A stretch of DNA of 64,000 bases. It comes from Nitrosopumilaceae archaeon (GTDB lineage Archaea > Thermoproteota > Nitrososphaeria > Nitrososphaerales > Nitrosopumilaceae). Position numbers and translations under genes: made by a program. The notes beneath the pieces are model-generated. The model did no database searches. It was not told the DNA's origin and saw nothing but the letters and a program-made list of their open reading frames with translations. The first letter of the stretch is position 1. Every line of letters begins with the position of its first letter. The DNA is taken from contig CBDCCK010000002.1 of NCBI GenBank assembly GCA_965214835.1, positions 2,720,001 to 2,784,000 of the forward strand, given 5' to 3'. Below are positions 52,679-63,923 of this stretch, piece after piece.

Positions 52679-52814
52679 ATTCAACTACGAGTGCGCCATG
52701 CACATGAAAAAGAAGGGGTTGATCATCACCCTGACTACGGCGGGGGTGTTTTTATCATGTGTTCAACTACTGGAAAAATTCCAAAGCTTATATTCTGGAT
52801 GGCGTCGACATGTC

Positions 52815-53753
52815 ATGATGAGGCTGGTTGTGCTAATCCCGGCGTATAACGAAGAGTCCACAATAGGGGACGTCATTGCAGGAATACCAAAGTCAATCCC
52901 ACACGTTACTGAGATATCCGTCGTTGTAGTTGATGACGGCTCTACGGACGGCACCGAAAAAACGGCAAGAGAGGCCGGCGCGATCGTGTGTTCCTTTGAA
53001 AAAAACAATGGGCTTGCACGGGCTGTATCGTTTGGTTTTTCCAAGTGCCTAGAACTCAAGGCAGACATTGTAATTACACTGGACGCCGACGATCAGTACG
53101 ATCCGGCGCAAATCCCCATCGTTTTAAAACCAATATTAGACAACAAGGCAGACATTGTGATAGGCGACAGGCAGGTCCACAGGCTTGAACACATGTCCCG
53201 GCAAAAAAGGATCGGCAACAGGTTGGTATCCAAGACGGTCTCGCGTATCATGAGCAAAAAAATCAACGATGCGCAGACTGGGTTTAGGGCGTTTAGCCGC
53301 CATGCGCTTGCAAAACTGCACATCTTTTCCAGATACACCTACACGCAGGAAACGCTATTGCAGGCAAGCTTCAAGGGACTGAGAATATCCGAGGTTCCCG
53401 TAGAATTTCGGAAGAGACGGGTAGGCAAATCCAAACTGATCTCAAGCATCTTTACGTATGCGGCAGAAACCATATACCTGATCATGTCCACGATAATCTT
53501 TTACAAGTCCGCAATGTTTTTTGGCATCATTGCGGCCATACTGTTTGTTCTAGGCATCGGACTGTCCGCTTTCCTGCTTGCCCATTTTTGGGCGACCGGA
53601 CAAATCCAACCACATTATCCTACAATGATACTGGCCTCGCTTTTTCTGATAACTGCCTCGATATCCTCACTGATGATCATCATATCCTCCATACTAAACA
53701 GGCAGTCGGTGCTGCAAGAAGAGATACTGTACAGGCTAAGGAAGAAGACATGA
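52815..53753 (+). CDS. GT2 glycosyltransferase (DPM1-like) with C-terminal TM helices
   Basis: LIPAYNEE, VVDDGSTD, LDADDQY, DAQTGFRA. Confidence 0.92.
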   Translation: MMRLVVLIPAYNEESTIGDVIAGIPKSIPHVTEISVVVVDDGSTDGTEKTAREAGAIVCSFEKNNGLARAVSFGFSKCLELKADIVITLDADDQYDPAQIPIVLKPILDNKADIVIGDRQVHRLEHMSRQKRIGNRLVSKTVSRIMSKKINDAQTGFRAFSRHALAKLHIFSRYTYTQETLLQASFKGLRISEVPVEFRKRRVGKSKLISSIFTYAAETIYLIMSTIIFYKSAMFFGIIAAILFVLGIGLSAFLLAHFWATGQIQPHYPTMILASLFLITASISSLMIIISSILNRQSVLQEEILYRLRKKT

Positions 53754-53842
53754 GGCCACGTGCCCTTGCTGTGGCCAGGCATGAAAATCACAATTGTACG
53801 TGCTAATTCGTGCCTGACTGGTGAGGGTAGATGGCCACACAC
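53748..53842. mobile_element. Degenerate 93-bp-family MITE supplying the GT2 stop codon
   Basis: ACATGAGGCCACGTGCCCTTGC...GGTAGATGGCCACACAC aligns with the other copies. Confidence 0.7.
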
Positions 53843-53846
53843 AGGT

Positions 53847-54610
53847 CTAGTATTCCACACCCATGCCTGCATCCATGTCTATGACGAGCCTTACATCCCT
53901 GCGGCACACGTCAAGAAAGTGGTAAAGGAACGGCCGTATGTGCGCCCACCTCGTTTCTGGCATGACGTAATCCAGCCACAGCGATACCAGCGTCGGGTCA
54001 TTATCTTTGGTGCAGCATCGCTCTCCATGACGCCGGATTCTCTTATCATCTGGCGGCATGCGGACTCGACGTATCCAAAGGCACCATCGTTTTTTGTTAT
54101 TATCCCAAGTGATATCCAGCGCGACAGAGAGCTGCCAGGATCCGGCGTATCCCACCTACCAAATAGGATTGCAAACTCGTCGCCCCAGACGCCTATCCCC
54201 TAGGCTCACTCCCGAGGATCCAGGTCGTGGCTTTGCAGGATTGTCCAGGCTCTGGTAGTCGAGAGGTATCGGAGGCCGACGCCATGAACCTGGTGCCACT
54301 GCCAGAACTCCGAGAAGGTCTCATCCCTAGAGTCGGCCTCCAGATCCGCCGAACCCCTCAGGATTACGCGGACGCCGCCTCCGCGTGTGCCACTTGGAAG
54401 CACCCCGGCGTGCGCATCGAGATATCTAGGGCGGATGCTCATGTATTGGGACGGTACAGGCACTTCCATGGCATTGTAGCGCTCCATAGTCTTGAACGCG
54501 ATCTTCACGAACAGGCTGTACTCAGGCTTTATCGCCATGATGCGGTACAAGGTTCCCACAAAAAAAGAGATCATCCATGCATTAAGGAAATACAAGTAGG
54601 ACGTGTCCAA
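53847..54610 (-). pseudogene. Degraded transposase remnant
   Basis: Fragmented ORFs 54206-54610 and 53847-54155 with transposase-like segments (SADLEADS..., LSVALDI). Confidence 0.4.
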
Positions 54611-54721
54611 GAAAAATTTCGAGAATTTGTTGGGGGTTTTGATATTATGACTGCATGGGATCGGACGGTCTGTGCTTGTCTGAATCGCCGTTTTTGGCAG
54701 GTGCGGCAGCAGGATCGTTTG

Positions 54722-57700
54722 CTACTCGTATCGAATTATCTGGTGTTTGTTTTCCAACACAACCTTGTTTATTTCAGATCCTATATTGTTTAGATCATTG
54801 ATTTTGATAAGCGACGGCGTTATCGTATACAGAAAATCACCTATGTATAGAGATCTTGCCCGGTCATGGCTGGCATGCTCTGTTCCATGTTTGACCTCCC
54901 CTGCCGGTACAAACTTTCCATTCTCTGTAATCCCATATACAAAGAAGGACAGGGTGCCGTTGTCATGTATTGGTATTGACATAAACGCCCTTTTTTTGTC
55001 AACCAGAACGGACTTGTGATCATGCAATGACGCCGAATGGGCTTTCCAGTCCCCAATTACGACATAATCAACCTGCGTTGGGTTGTTGACGTCTGACACA
55101 TCGAACATTGATATTTTGACTCCCAGCTCTTGTGCCCCTCCCCACTGGTTTTCTGCGGCATCCCGCCCTATGCCGATTATCAGGTTTTCGTCGTATGGAT
55201 GCAGATAGTCCGAAAACCCCGGGATCTTCAGCTCGCCCAATATTTTTGGCTGGTTTTCAGACAGATCAATTACAAAAAACGGATCAATTTGCTTGAAGGT
55301 TACAAGGTAGAGTTTGTCGCCCATAAACCTTGCAGAGTGCATATTTTCTCCGGGCGCTATGTTTTCAAGCTGGCCTATTATGTCAAGATCTGCGTCTATA
55401 CTGATGGTCATTGAAAATTTCGCCTGATCACACATCTTGTAAAGGTTTATAGCTCCCCACCATGTCACTCCCGGCATGAACAAGACGAAAATCCTCACGG
55501 ATGCCATGCATGTCGAAAAGGATCTCAAGACTCACACCAGAATCATGGCGGTGCGCTCCGTACTGCTTGGCAACACCACCGCACATACTGCGGAGATTGC
55601 CGACGTGACACAGCGCACCGTACAGATGTGGGTTGAAAGGTTCGAGCTTGACGGCATCGAGGGCCTCCGTGACTCCCCCAACAGGGGCAAAAAACCAAAG
55701 GTTCCGGTCGGCAGGATAAAAAAGATCGCCACGAGGCTGCGCAGGATGGAAAAGCTCACCCCGAAGAAGCTGTGCAACTGGGTACGCCACAGGCTGCATG
55801 TCACATACAGCGTGGGAAGCATCAGGAGGATCCTGCGCGCGATGGGGTTTTCGCTAAAGACATCAACTACCAAGCTGGCAGATGCTGCCGACGCAAAAGC
55901 TGTAAGACGGTGGCAAAGAGAGGCAAAAACTGCGATAAAGCTTGCAAAAAGGCGCGGATTTAGGATAACCGTACAGGACGAATCGATATTCGTCAGTACG
56001 GGAAGGGACGGCAAAAAGTTCTGGTCGCCCGTGGGGGACAGGATCGAGGTGGAACGATCCGGCAGAAGGGAGCGCGTCGTGGTGTATGGAACGATTGCAG
56101 ACGACGGAACCAGGCTGATGCGCACGTACGACAAGTTCAACAGCGCAAACTTTGTGCATTATCTTAAACAGGCGCATAAAAAGTGGGGAAAGGTCCTGAT
56201 GGTGATGGACAACGCAGCACAGCACAAGACCAAAAAGGTCCGCAGATACCTAAAGAAAAATCCCGACGTTGTCTTGCTGTACCTGCCGGTAGCTAGGCCG
56301 GAGCTGAGCGCCATAGAGGCAGTCTGGAAGGATGCCAAGTACAGGCTGGTCACGTCGGCCTTTTACGACACGGTGGATCACCTCAAAAAGGCCGTCTCGG
56401 AATACTTTAGGACGTGTTCCATCAGGGTTGACATCTACAAGTATCTTGAGCGCAGCTTGTAAGGGAGGCGAAATTTTCAATGGTCATCAGTATAGGTTGT
56501 ATACCGCGTTGGTTAGTTTCCAGCTTTTGTCTGTTGTGGCTATTCTGAACCTGTTGTCAAACTCATCCATGGCAAACTGGTTGATGGGATGGCCCGGAAC
56601 TGCCCCCGTAGACTCGTGTGTAAATGAGGTACCGTCAAGACTGATCTTGTGAATTATTGTTTTAGGATTGTGGAGCTCGCGGTGGTTTGTAACGTTTTGG
56701 TCTTCAAGCAGTTTTGAGATTATCTTTTCTTGCTGCGTGCGATCCAGTCTTTCATACAAGTCCAAGAATAGATCAAGCAGTTTTGTCTGAACTCGGTTTG
56801 CATCTACAATGTTGTCTTCATATGCGGAGCTTAGCAACAGCAGTTCAAACTGTTCGGTTATGCTCAGGTTCTCCAAAACAGAATCAAAGAATTCGTCGTT
56901 CCCAAATGGATTCAATATGAATTCAGGATAGATGTTTATGTAAGTTATGTACATGTTTTTTTCAGAAACATAAACGCCACCTGCATCACCCATGATGTAT
57001 GATTCGGAGTTTATCGTGTCTCCGACGGTGTCAAAGGCAGTTATTGTGTTAAAGACATATCTGTGGTGCATGTCATGTGGAAAATAAAACACGTCCGAGT
57101 CCATGGACATTCCCAGTGAATCGGTAATTTCCGGCATCATGATATCATCGGGGTTGAGATCGCTTGATGTGAGAAGATACACGTGATCCTCAATCATTCT
57201 GGCTTCTACGTATGCGCCCGTGATAGAAAAACTCCTCATGATTTGCGGGTTTTCCTTATCGTCCATGTCCAGTATAAAGACATCTGTTGCCGATGTGTGT
57301 TGGGGGTTTTCGGAAAAAAGAATCAGCCTGTCGCCACTTAACAGCATAGTGTCAAGACTCTGCTCTGAACCGATCCCTATTTTGGATAGCAGTGCAGCAC
57401 CTGATGGGGGGAATGCCTTTACCGTTGCAAGCTTGTCATCGCCTAATACGTAGATGTTGAACGCATCGTTTTTTACAAAATCAGGCTCGTCTACGTTTTT
57501 TACCTGGATGTTGGTAGTCGAGTATTCTACGGGGCCGTCTCCCCCAATCTCCCAAGCTTTGGGTGATGCTTGTGGAATTGATGGTTGGAGTGAGAGGGAC
57601 TCCTCCCACAATCCGTCGGCGAGCCCGCTTTCACGGAAGCCGGAATGGGAATCAAGTGTAATATAATTGCCTGAGAGCATCTCGTTCACATGGATTTTAT

Positions 57701-58067
57701 TTTGTGAGGATTCTAGGAATTCCCGAATTTCAAGAGCCGTTTGCAGCTTTTCAGGCGCGTTGGAATCAACTTCAAAAAGGTCTCTGATTACTTTGAATTT
57801 TATGTCATATGATTTGTCTCCAGCCGCAGTTGCAAATCCAATCGCAGACAATCTTGCGACACTTTTTTCCATTACGCAAATTGGCTTGCCGTCAAATGTT
57901 TTAATCATTAACTGATATGCATTTTTACAGGTTATGTTGTACGGATCAATTCCGCTTGGGGCCTGTTCGTTCGGTCTGGACGGTGTTTCAGAAAAGGACA
58001 AAGGAACGGCTACCAGTGCGAGGCTTGAAAATAAAACAAGGGCCGGCAGCAGAATTTTTTTGTGCAT
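54722..58067 (-). pseudogene. Secreted beta-propeller-domain protein (COG4880-like), split by IS630
   Basis: Signal peptide, YSTTNIQVKNVDEPD, NQFAMDE, SARFMGD, TFKQIDPFFVIDL, GELKIPGFSDYLHP; IS removal restores NAVYNL-DADLDIIG. Confidence 0.9.
55399..56492 (+). mobile_element. Intact IS630-family element (transposase 55476-56462)
   Basis: 27-bp imperfect TIR, TA duplication, QDES / MDNA / PELSAIE triad. Confidence 0.95.
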
Positions 58068-58179
58068 TTTTATATAAAAAAAACTCCGTTAGTTAAGACT
58101 TGCGTATTAATGATACGTAAGAGCTTACCCCTTCATAACAGCTCGGGCTCTGGAAGTTCAGGCGTGAGATTTGCCACCT

Positions 58180-58530
58180 TGGATGCCCCCTTGGACAGTA
58201 CCCCCGCACTGGTCAGGGAGCAGCTAACAGAATGGAATGGCAACGTGGTGCTAAAGTTCCTGCCTTCGTACACGCCGGAGCTGAGCTCGATAGAGGAGCA
58301 GTGGCGCGGTATGAGGTCACGTCCCCTTGCTAGCTAGGCACGAAAATCATAATTGTACCTGCCAATTCATGCCTGATTGATAGAGGTAGGTGACCACATA
58401 CGTGGCGCGGGGTCAAAAAGGCGACTGCAAACCGCCTGTATCAGACCGTCGACGAGATGCAAAAGTCCATGCGCGTCATGTTGCGCAGGGGCGAGATAAA
58501 GGTGGTAGAGATGAACAAATGGCTGACGTA
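58180..58530 (+). pseudogene. IS630 transposase remnant
   Basis: LKFLPSYTPELSSIEEQWRG motif, interrupted by a MITE. Confidence 0.7.
58309..58401. mobile_element. 93-bp IS66-derived MITE
   Basis: GTATGAGGTCAC...GTGACCACATAC with 8-bp TSD GTGGCGCG. Confidence 0.93.
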
Positions 58531-59033
58531 GATACTACGTTAGCCAAACGACATTTACCGGCCAACCTTCCGACATTTACCGGATAATCTTTCAAAGAGT
58601 CTCCACATTTCTTTGTACGTATTAGGTGTTTTTTTCCATCAACCCAGATTCTTGATTTTCGGATTATCTCGTGGGCAGAATGATTGTAACTTTTTGCCAG
58701 CAGAATCATATACAGAGAAAATCTTCCCGGCTCCAAAGACCTTGCCATGTCTATGGACTTTTTGCCACTGTTGGTAAATTTATCGATGATCTTGTCTACG
58801 CCAAGGGATCTTCTCTTCAGCTCAACTATGGCAATTTTTTTATCGTTTTGAAAGACTAGACAGTCACACATTTTTTCCGGCCGCGCCCGTACCAGCCGCT
58901 CCCCCTTTAATATTACCGAGTCTTTTCCCGTATCTATGCGAATGTTACATCCGTGTTCATTGCAGCAGTCTACTACTGCATGTACGTATTTTTCCTTGAT
59001 TGCATGAACAATCATCGGTCTTCGGGAATGCAT
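58476..59033 (-). CDS. Hypothetical protein with a PD-(D/E)XK-like motif
   Basis: CDCLVF...IAIVELK; overlaps the end of the ATPase gene. Confidence 0.6.
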   Translation of the reverse strand: MHSRRPMIVHAIKEKYVHAVVDCCNEHGCNIRIDTGKDSVILKGERLVRARPEKMCDCLVFQNDKKIAIVELKRRSLGVDKIIDKFTNSGKKSIDMARSLEPGRFSLYMILLAKSYNHSAHEIIRKSRIWVDGKKHLIRTKKCGDSLKDYPVNVGRLAGKCRLANVVSTSAICSSLPPLSRPCAT

Positions 59034-60541
59034 TCCTGTAATATGATGGATTGTGAGTGGAGAACATCGCTTACTCTTATGAACTCGTCCTGGGGAATGC
59101 CCTCCTCATCGTTTGTCTCAATTGGATGGATTTCGTGGTCGTCGTCGCCTTTTCTGACAAATACGTATGGGGCGACCTCGTCTGGATGTAAGAAGTCACC
59201 ACGGTCAAGCCCTAGCTTTCTCTCCCTGATCTCCGGCTTGACCTTGCTGGCAAGCATGAGTTTTCCCAGGCATTCTAGTAGGAATACGCTGTGAGTAGTA
59301 ATCAACACGTTGAGTCCGGAACGAATCATCCTCGCAATGTATTTTGCAAAAATCAATTGGTTGGCAGGATGCATATGTGCTTCTGGTTCCTCAATGATCA
59401 GCAGGCTGTTAGACGGTATGAGGTGTTTTAGACATAAAGTAAGCGGGGCAATCTCTGAAATTGTAGATGATGCCCTGTGCAATGGAATTCCATATTGCTT
59501 TGTTTTGTATGTGATTTCAGGCCAAGCTCCCTTCTCCCCAGGCCGCTGTTCAATGTGTCCGTGAAGGAGCTCAGATTCCAACTCCTGTGCCAGTTGGAAA
59601 AAATGCGCCCGACGATCAGGTAGCAGAATAACATCGATAATGAAATCTGACACCGCGCCTGTCAGTTTGGGCACCTGGATTGGCTCAATTCCCCCAAACT
59701 GGGCATTGTTAATTATGCTGGCAGACAGTGACTTGTGCCCCTGTAATATGCCAGATCTTCCTGCTTGAAAATAGAATGAATGTTCAGGAACAGTGTTGTG
59801 TCTGATCCTCTCCTGCATCAAGTGTATTATGTCCAACGTCACTCCTGATGCATGGGATTTTTCCACAAAAAACCTGCTTACGCGCATGATCTGGTCACCA
59901 TCGCTGGTTTTTGAATCAGTGATGTATTCTTGTTCTTTTGAAATTTCAACTTTGAGTTTGCTAACAAATTTTGGATCTGCCTTTACGCTTAATTTTTCGT
60001 TTATTGATATGTCGTACCTTCCTGAATTTGAGACTCTGATCTTTGACGTTGCTTGTTTTACCCTGACAAGTTCGGACACCGCTTCTGTGCCAAAGTTTCT
60101 TTGAATTTCCGACTCTAGGTTTTCACTAAACTGATTCCTGACTATCGTTCTAAAAATTTTTTTTGTGATCTCTGTTGGAATCTCAAAGGATCCCTTGCCC
60201 TTATTTTGTTTGACAATTCCTTGTATGTCATTGTTAAACGAATTATACAGCTTGAGGACGCTGGAACGCCTCAAGCCATACGGCCTGAGGATGCCGGGAT
60301 TCCCCACAAGACTCCGCCTGCCAAATCCGGACGTTTTGTTTTCCGCAGTCAGAATTGAATGGATAAGCATTGTGACGTATGACTTTCCCGAGTTGTTAGG
60401 ACCGACAAAAACTGTCAGGGGCTTTAGTCTCACACTGCCTTTTGAAACAGGGCCAAAATTCGTTACATCTATCTTTAAATCGATCGGTACAGGATCACCA
60501 TCTTCTTCTCTAGAACGTCGGCGTCTCGAAAGCATGCCCAA
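59012..60541 (-). CDS. ABC-type (AAA_15/AAA_21-like) ATPase
   Basis: NFGPV, VGPNNSGKS, LIIEEPEAHMHP, ITTHS. Confidence 0.88.
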   Translation of the reverse strand: MGMLSRRRRSREEDGDPVPIDLKIDVTNFGPVSKGSVRLKPLTVFVGPNNSGKSYVTMLIHSILTAENKTSGFGRRSLVGNPGILRPYGLRRSSVLKLYNSFNNDIQGIVKQNKGKGSFEIPTEITKKIFRTIVRNQFSENLESEIQRNFGTEAVSELVRVKQATSKIRVSNSGRYDISINEKLSVKADPKFVSKLKVEISKEQEYITDSKTSDGDQIMRVSRFFVEKSHASGVTLDIIHLMQERIRHNTVPEHSFYFQAGRSGILQGHKSLSASIINNAQFGGIEPIQVPKLTGAVSDFIIDVILLPDRRAHFFQLAQELESELLHGHIEQRPGEKGAWPEITYKTKQYGIPLHRASSTISEIAPLTLCLKHLIPSNSLLIIEEPEAHMHPANQLIFAKYIARMIRSGLNVLITTHSVFLLECLGKLMLASKVKPEIRERKLGLDRGDFLHPDEVAPYVFVRKGDDDHEIHPIETNDEEGIPQDEFIRVSDVLHSQSIILQECIPEDR

Positions 60542-60603
60542 GTCACGTGTACGAAAAACGTTACTGCGCTATTAACCTTCTTAGGTGTGCTAGGTTGTCT
60601 ATT

Positions 60604-60683
60604 AGACTTTATGCATAATCGGTTCAGATTCAAGATTATTAGGAACAAATTCATCACATTCAGATCGATTACGCATAAAGTCT
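60604..60683. mobile_element. 80-bp MITE with IS5-type ends
   Basis: AGACTTTATGCATAATCG...CGATTACGCATAAAGTCT; a further solo end AGATCTTATGCGTAATC at 60815. Confidence 0.8.
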
Positions 60684-61029
60684 ACTCTTCCACTGTTCTA
60701 TTCCACGGATAAGTCATTCCGTGATTTGAAAAACGATTCTGACTTTGGTAGAACAGCATTTCAAGTGATTCCGTACACCCTCAACGCGGGATCGTTTCCA
60801 ATGATATCCTCAATAGATCTTATGCGTAATCACAGGGACTGGTGGGAATACCCCGGCAGACAGGGCCGGAATCAGGATTCGGGGGAATAACAAGTGTAAG
60901 ACGATAATCCAGAATGCGGCAAAGTCAGACTCCTGCACCCGGCGCTTCCCAAGGAGAATCAGCACCCGTTAACTTCCCAGTTCCACCTGCGGTCAAGACT
61001 TTTAATCTCCTGTTTGAAAACCGTGTTGA

Positions 61030-61431
61030 ATGTTTTCGTATTTTACCGTAACGCAGGCAAACGAGGCACTGCCTGTCGTCATCAAAAAATTCGAGTCGGC
61101 CCTGGCAAAAAAGAACGAGGTGTCAAGAATCGAGCACCAGATACAGGCAAGCATGTCGGCCGGCGGCAAGTTTGAGGAATATGTGGCGCTAAAACAGAGG
61201 CTGAACTCCGCCGTCACGCGGTTTTACCGATCCGTGGAGGAGCTTGAGGAAACAGGGGTCGTTGTAAAGAGCATCGATCAAGGGCTGCTGGACTTTCCCT
61301 CTCGGAGGTTCGACGAGGAGGTGTGGCTGTGCTGGAAGTACGGGGAGACCGAGATCAAGTTCTGGCATGAAAAGGATTCTGGATTTGCGGGCAGAAAGCC
61401 ACTGGAGATCAGCGACGACGCCCTGGTCTAG
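61030..61431 (+). CDS. DUF2203 family protein
   Basis: FTVTQANEALP, GLLDFPS, LCWKYGE..WH..GFAGRKP. Confidence 0.88.
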   Translation: MFSYFTVTQANEALPVVIKKFESALAKKNEVSRIEHQIQASMSAGGKFEEYVALKQRLNSAVTRFYRSVEELEETGVVVKSIDQGLLDFPSRRFDEEVWLCWKYGETEIKFWHEKDSGFAGRKPLEISDDALV

Positions 61432-61898
61432 GCACGGCTGTCCTGGGATCCTTTGGCAATTTTTTTGAGACTTGTTACATTTGGAGGACGAGGCCGTAAC
61501 GGACATGCCGTGCTGGAAACAAGTCCCCGTGGGTCGCCTTCTGCTGACCGGCACGCCTGATCATGAAACACTGCGAGAGCCCCTGCCCGTGATCATGCGG
61601 GACTCGCGTCGGGCCGGCATGCCTGCAGCCTGGAGCCGTGGAATGCACCGGGGCAGGATCGGAGCTGCCTTCCCAAAAGTTTCCACAGCCCCGAAACAGG
61701 CCGAACCATGGTGCGTACAGTTGAAGATCGATTGTCTTTATCGGAACAGGCACAACGTGCCAAAATCATGATCCATTTTTTGACGTGCGTGCTACGGGGT
61801 TGCCTGCAGATCCGCCTGCACCGCCGGAGCCGGACACGTCTGGGAGGGCCGCGTGAAGGGGAGGAAATTTAACTAGAAATCCACAGCCACAAGTAGTT

Positions 61899-62783
61899 AT
61901 GCTACGTGTCTGGCTGCGTGTGATTCGTATTCGGTTCCTCCTGGCCTCAGTTATAGCAGTCTCTGTAGGGCTTTCCCTTCACTGGTGGCAGTCTGGGACG
62001 ATCGACATGGCACACGCCGCAATTACCGTCGCCGGTGTAATGGCGCTCCATGCCAGCGTTGACCTGCTAAACGACTACTGGGACTTTAAGCGCGGCATAG
62101 ATACTGCGACAAAGCGCACCAAGATGAGCGGCGGTACCGGCGTCTTGCCCGAGGGACTGCTTGATCCGTCCTCAGTGTATCGCGCAGGTGTTGCATTCCT
62201 GGTGGCCGGTGCTGCAATAGGGAGCTACTTTATGGTGACAAACGGGTGGGTCATCGCAGTCTTGCTTGGATTTGCCATCGTTGCAATCTACTTTTATTCC
62301 ACGCGGATCGTCGACTCTGGGATGGCAGAGATCTTCGTCGCCGTAAAGGGTTCCATGATTGTCATGGGCACCTATTTTATCCAGTCTGATGTCCTGACAG
62401 CGGAGTCCGGACTGGCAGGAATTACAGTCGGCGCCCTGTCCTCCCTGGTGCTGTTCATTGCCTCGTTTCCAGATCACGACGCGGACAAGGCGGGGGGCAG
62501 AAAGACGCTGGTGGTTGCTGCGGGGCCCAGGCAGGCCACAAAATTCTACTGGGCCTTTCCCGCCGTCTCCTATACGGCAGTCCTGCTGGGGGCCTCCCTG
62601 GGGCTGTTCCCAGCATCTACCCTGATTACCCTGCTGGCCATCCCACTGGTGGTTCAGGCCGGCATCGGACTGAAAAACAGCTATAACGACACCGACAGTC
62701 TGGTGCCCTTTATGGCAAAGGCCATGTCGTTTAGCAGGATCACCGGCGCACTGCTTGCGATTGGCTTCATCATCGGGCTATAG
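61899..62783 (+). CDS. UbiA-family prenyltransferase (MenA-like)
   Basis: NDYWDFKRGID, DHDADKAGGRKTL; multiple TM helices. Confidence 0.88.
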   Translation: MLRVWLRVIRIRFLLASVIAVSVGLSLHWWQSGTIDMAHAAITVAGVMALHASVDLLNDYWDFKRGIDTATKRTKMSGGTGVLPEGLLDPSSVYRAGVAFLVAGAAIGSYFMVTNGWVIAVLLGFAIVAIYFYSTRIVDSGMAEIFVAVKGSMIVMGTYFIQSDVLTAESGLAGITVGALSSLVLFIASFPDHDADKAGGRKTLVVAAGPRQATKFYWAFPAVSYTAVLLGASLGLFPASTLITLLAIPLVVQAGIGLKNSYNDTDSLVPFMAKAMSFSRITGALLAIGFIIGL

Positions 62784-62819
62784 ACTACAATTAAATCCAG
62801 CGGACGCCATATCCGTACT

Positions 62820-63923
62820 GTGATCTCAGGATTTGCAACTCCGGAGGGGACTGCCAGGTTTGCCTCAAGGCACGCATCGGTCCCCCCTAAAAACTACAAA
62901 AAGACACACGGCCTTACCCTGTCAAACGTCGGCATCGGGACCTACCTTGGGGATGCGGACGCCCAGACAGACGCACTGGTCGCCGGCGCCGTAAAGTCCT
63001 CAGTCGAGTCCGGAATCAACGTGGTCGATACGGCAATCAACTACCGCGCGCAAAAGGCGGAACGCTCGGTAGGCAGGGCAGTCTCCGAGCTGGTTGCAGA
63101 GAAAAAGATTTCGCGCGATGAGGTCTTTATCAGTACGAAAAATGGATACGTCACAAGCGACGCCGACGTGCAGCTGGACTTTTGGCCGTATGTGAACCGG
63201 GAGTACGTGCAGAGGGGCGTGATTTCAGAGGGCGACGTGTCCTCCGGATACCACTGCATGTCTGTGAAATACCTGGAGGATCAGCTGGAGCGGAGCCTCA
63301 GGAACCTTGATCTGGAGTGCGTCGACCTGATGTATCTCCACAACGCCGTGGAGGGGCAGATCAAGGATGTTCCCCGGGATGATTTCCTCGACAAGCTCAA
63401 GCTGGTATTTGAGATGTACGAGCAAAAGCGCGGCGAGGGCAGGATCAGGTACTACGGGATGGCGACATGGGAGTCATTCCGGGTGGCAAGGGACGACCCC
63501 CGGTACCTCCCGCTAGACGAGGTTCTAGGCCTGGCAGAGCGGGCCGGTGGCCCGGGGCACGGCTTTAGGTTCATCCAGCTGCCATTCAACATGTACTATG
63601 ACCAGGCACTGCTCCTCAGGAACCATGCCCTAGACGGCCGGGACTCTTCCGTACTAGAGGCCGCAAAGGGGAGGGACATCGGCGTGTTCTCAAGTGTTCC
63701 ACTAATGCAGGGCAGGCTGCTGCAGCCCGGGACAATGCCTGAATTCGGAGACCTGTCCCCAAGTCTCAGGGCGCTGCAGTTTGTCCGCTCGGCACCCGGA
63801 GTGGTCGCGCCGCTGGTTGGCCACAAATCGCCCGGACACGTCCGGGAAAACCTCAAAATCATGGAGATTCCACCCCTGGATGCAGGCGAGTTCTCTGATC
63901 TGGTCAGGAAGCTGACCTCCTAG
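62820..63923 (+). CDS. Aldo/keto reductase
   Basis: GIGTY, DTAINY, STKNG, SLRNL..VDLMYLHN, QLPFN. Confidence 0.92.
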   Translation: MISGFATPEGTARFASRHASVPPKNYKKTHGLTLSNVGIGTYLGDADAQTDALVAGAVKSSVESGINVVDTAINYRAQKAERSVGRAVSELVAEKKISRDEVFISTKNGYVTSDADVQLDFWPYVNREYVQRGVISEGDVSSGYHCMSVKYLEDQLERSLRNLDLECVDLMYLHNAVEGQIKDVPRDDFLDKLKLVFEMYEQKRGEGRIRYYGMATWESFRVARDDPRYLPLDEVLGLAERAGGPGHGFRFIQLPFNMYYDQALLLRNHALDGRDSSVLEAAKGRDIGVFSSVPLMQGRLLQPGTMPEFGDLSPSLRALQFVRSAPGVVAPLVGHKSPGHVRENLKIMEIPPLDAGEFSDLVRKLTS

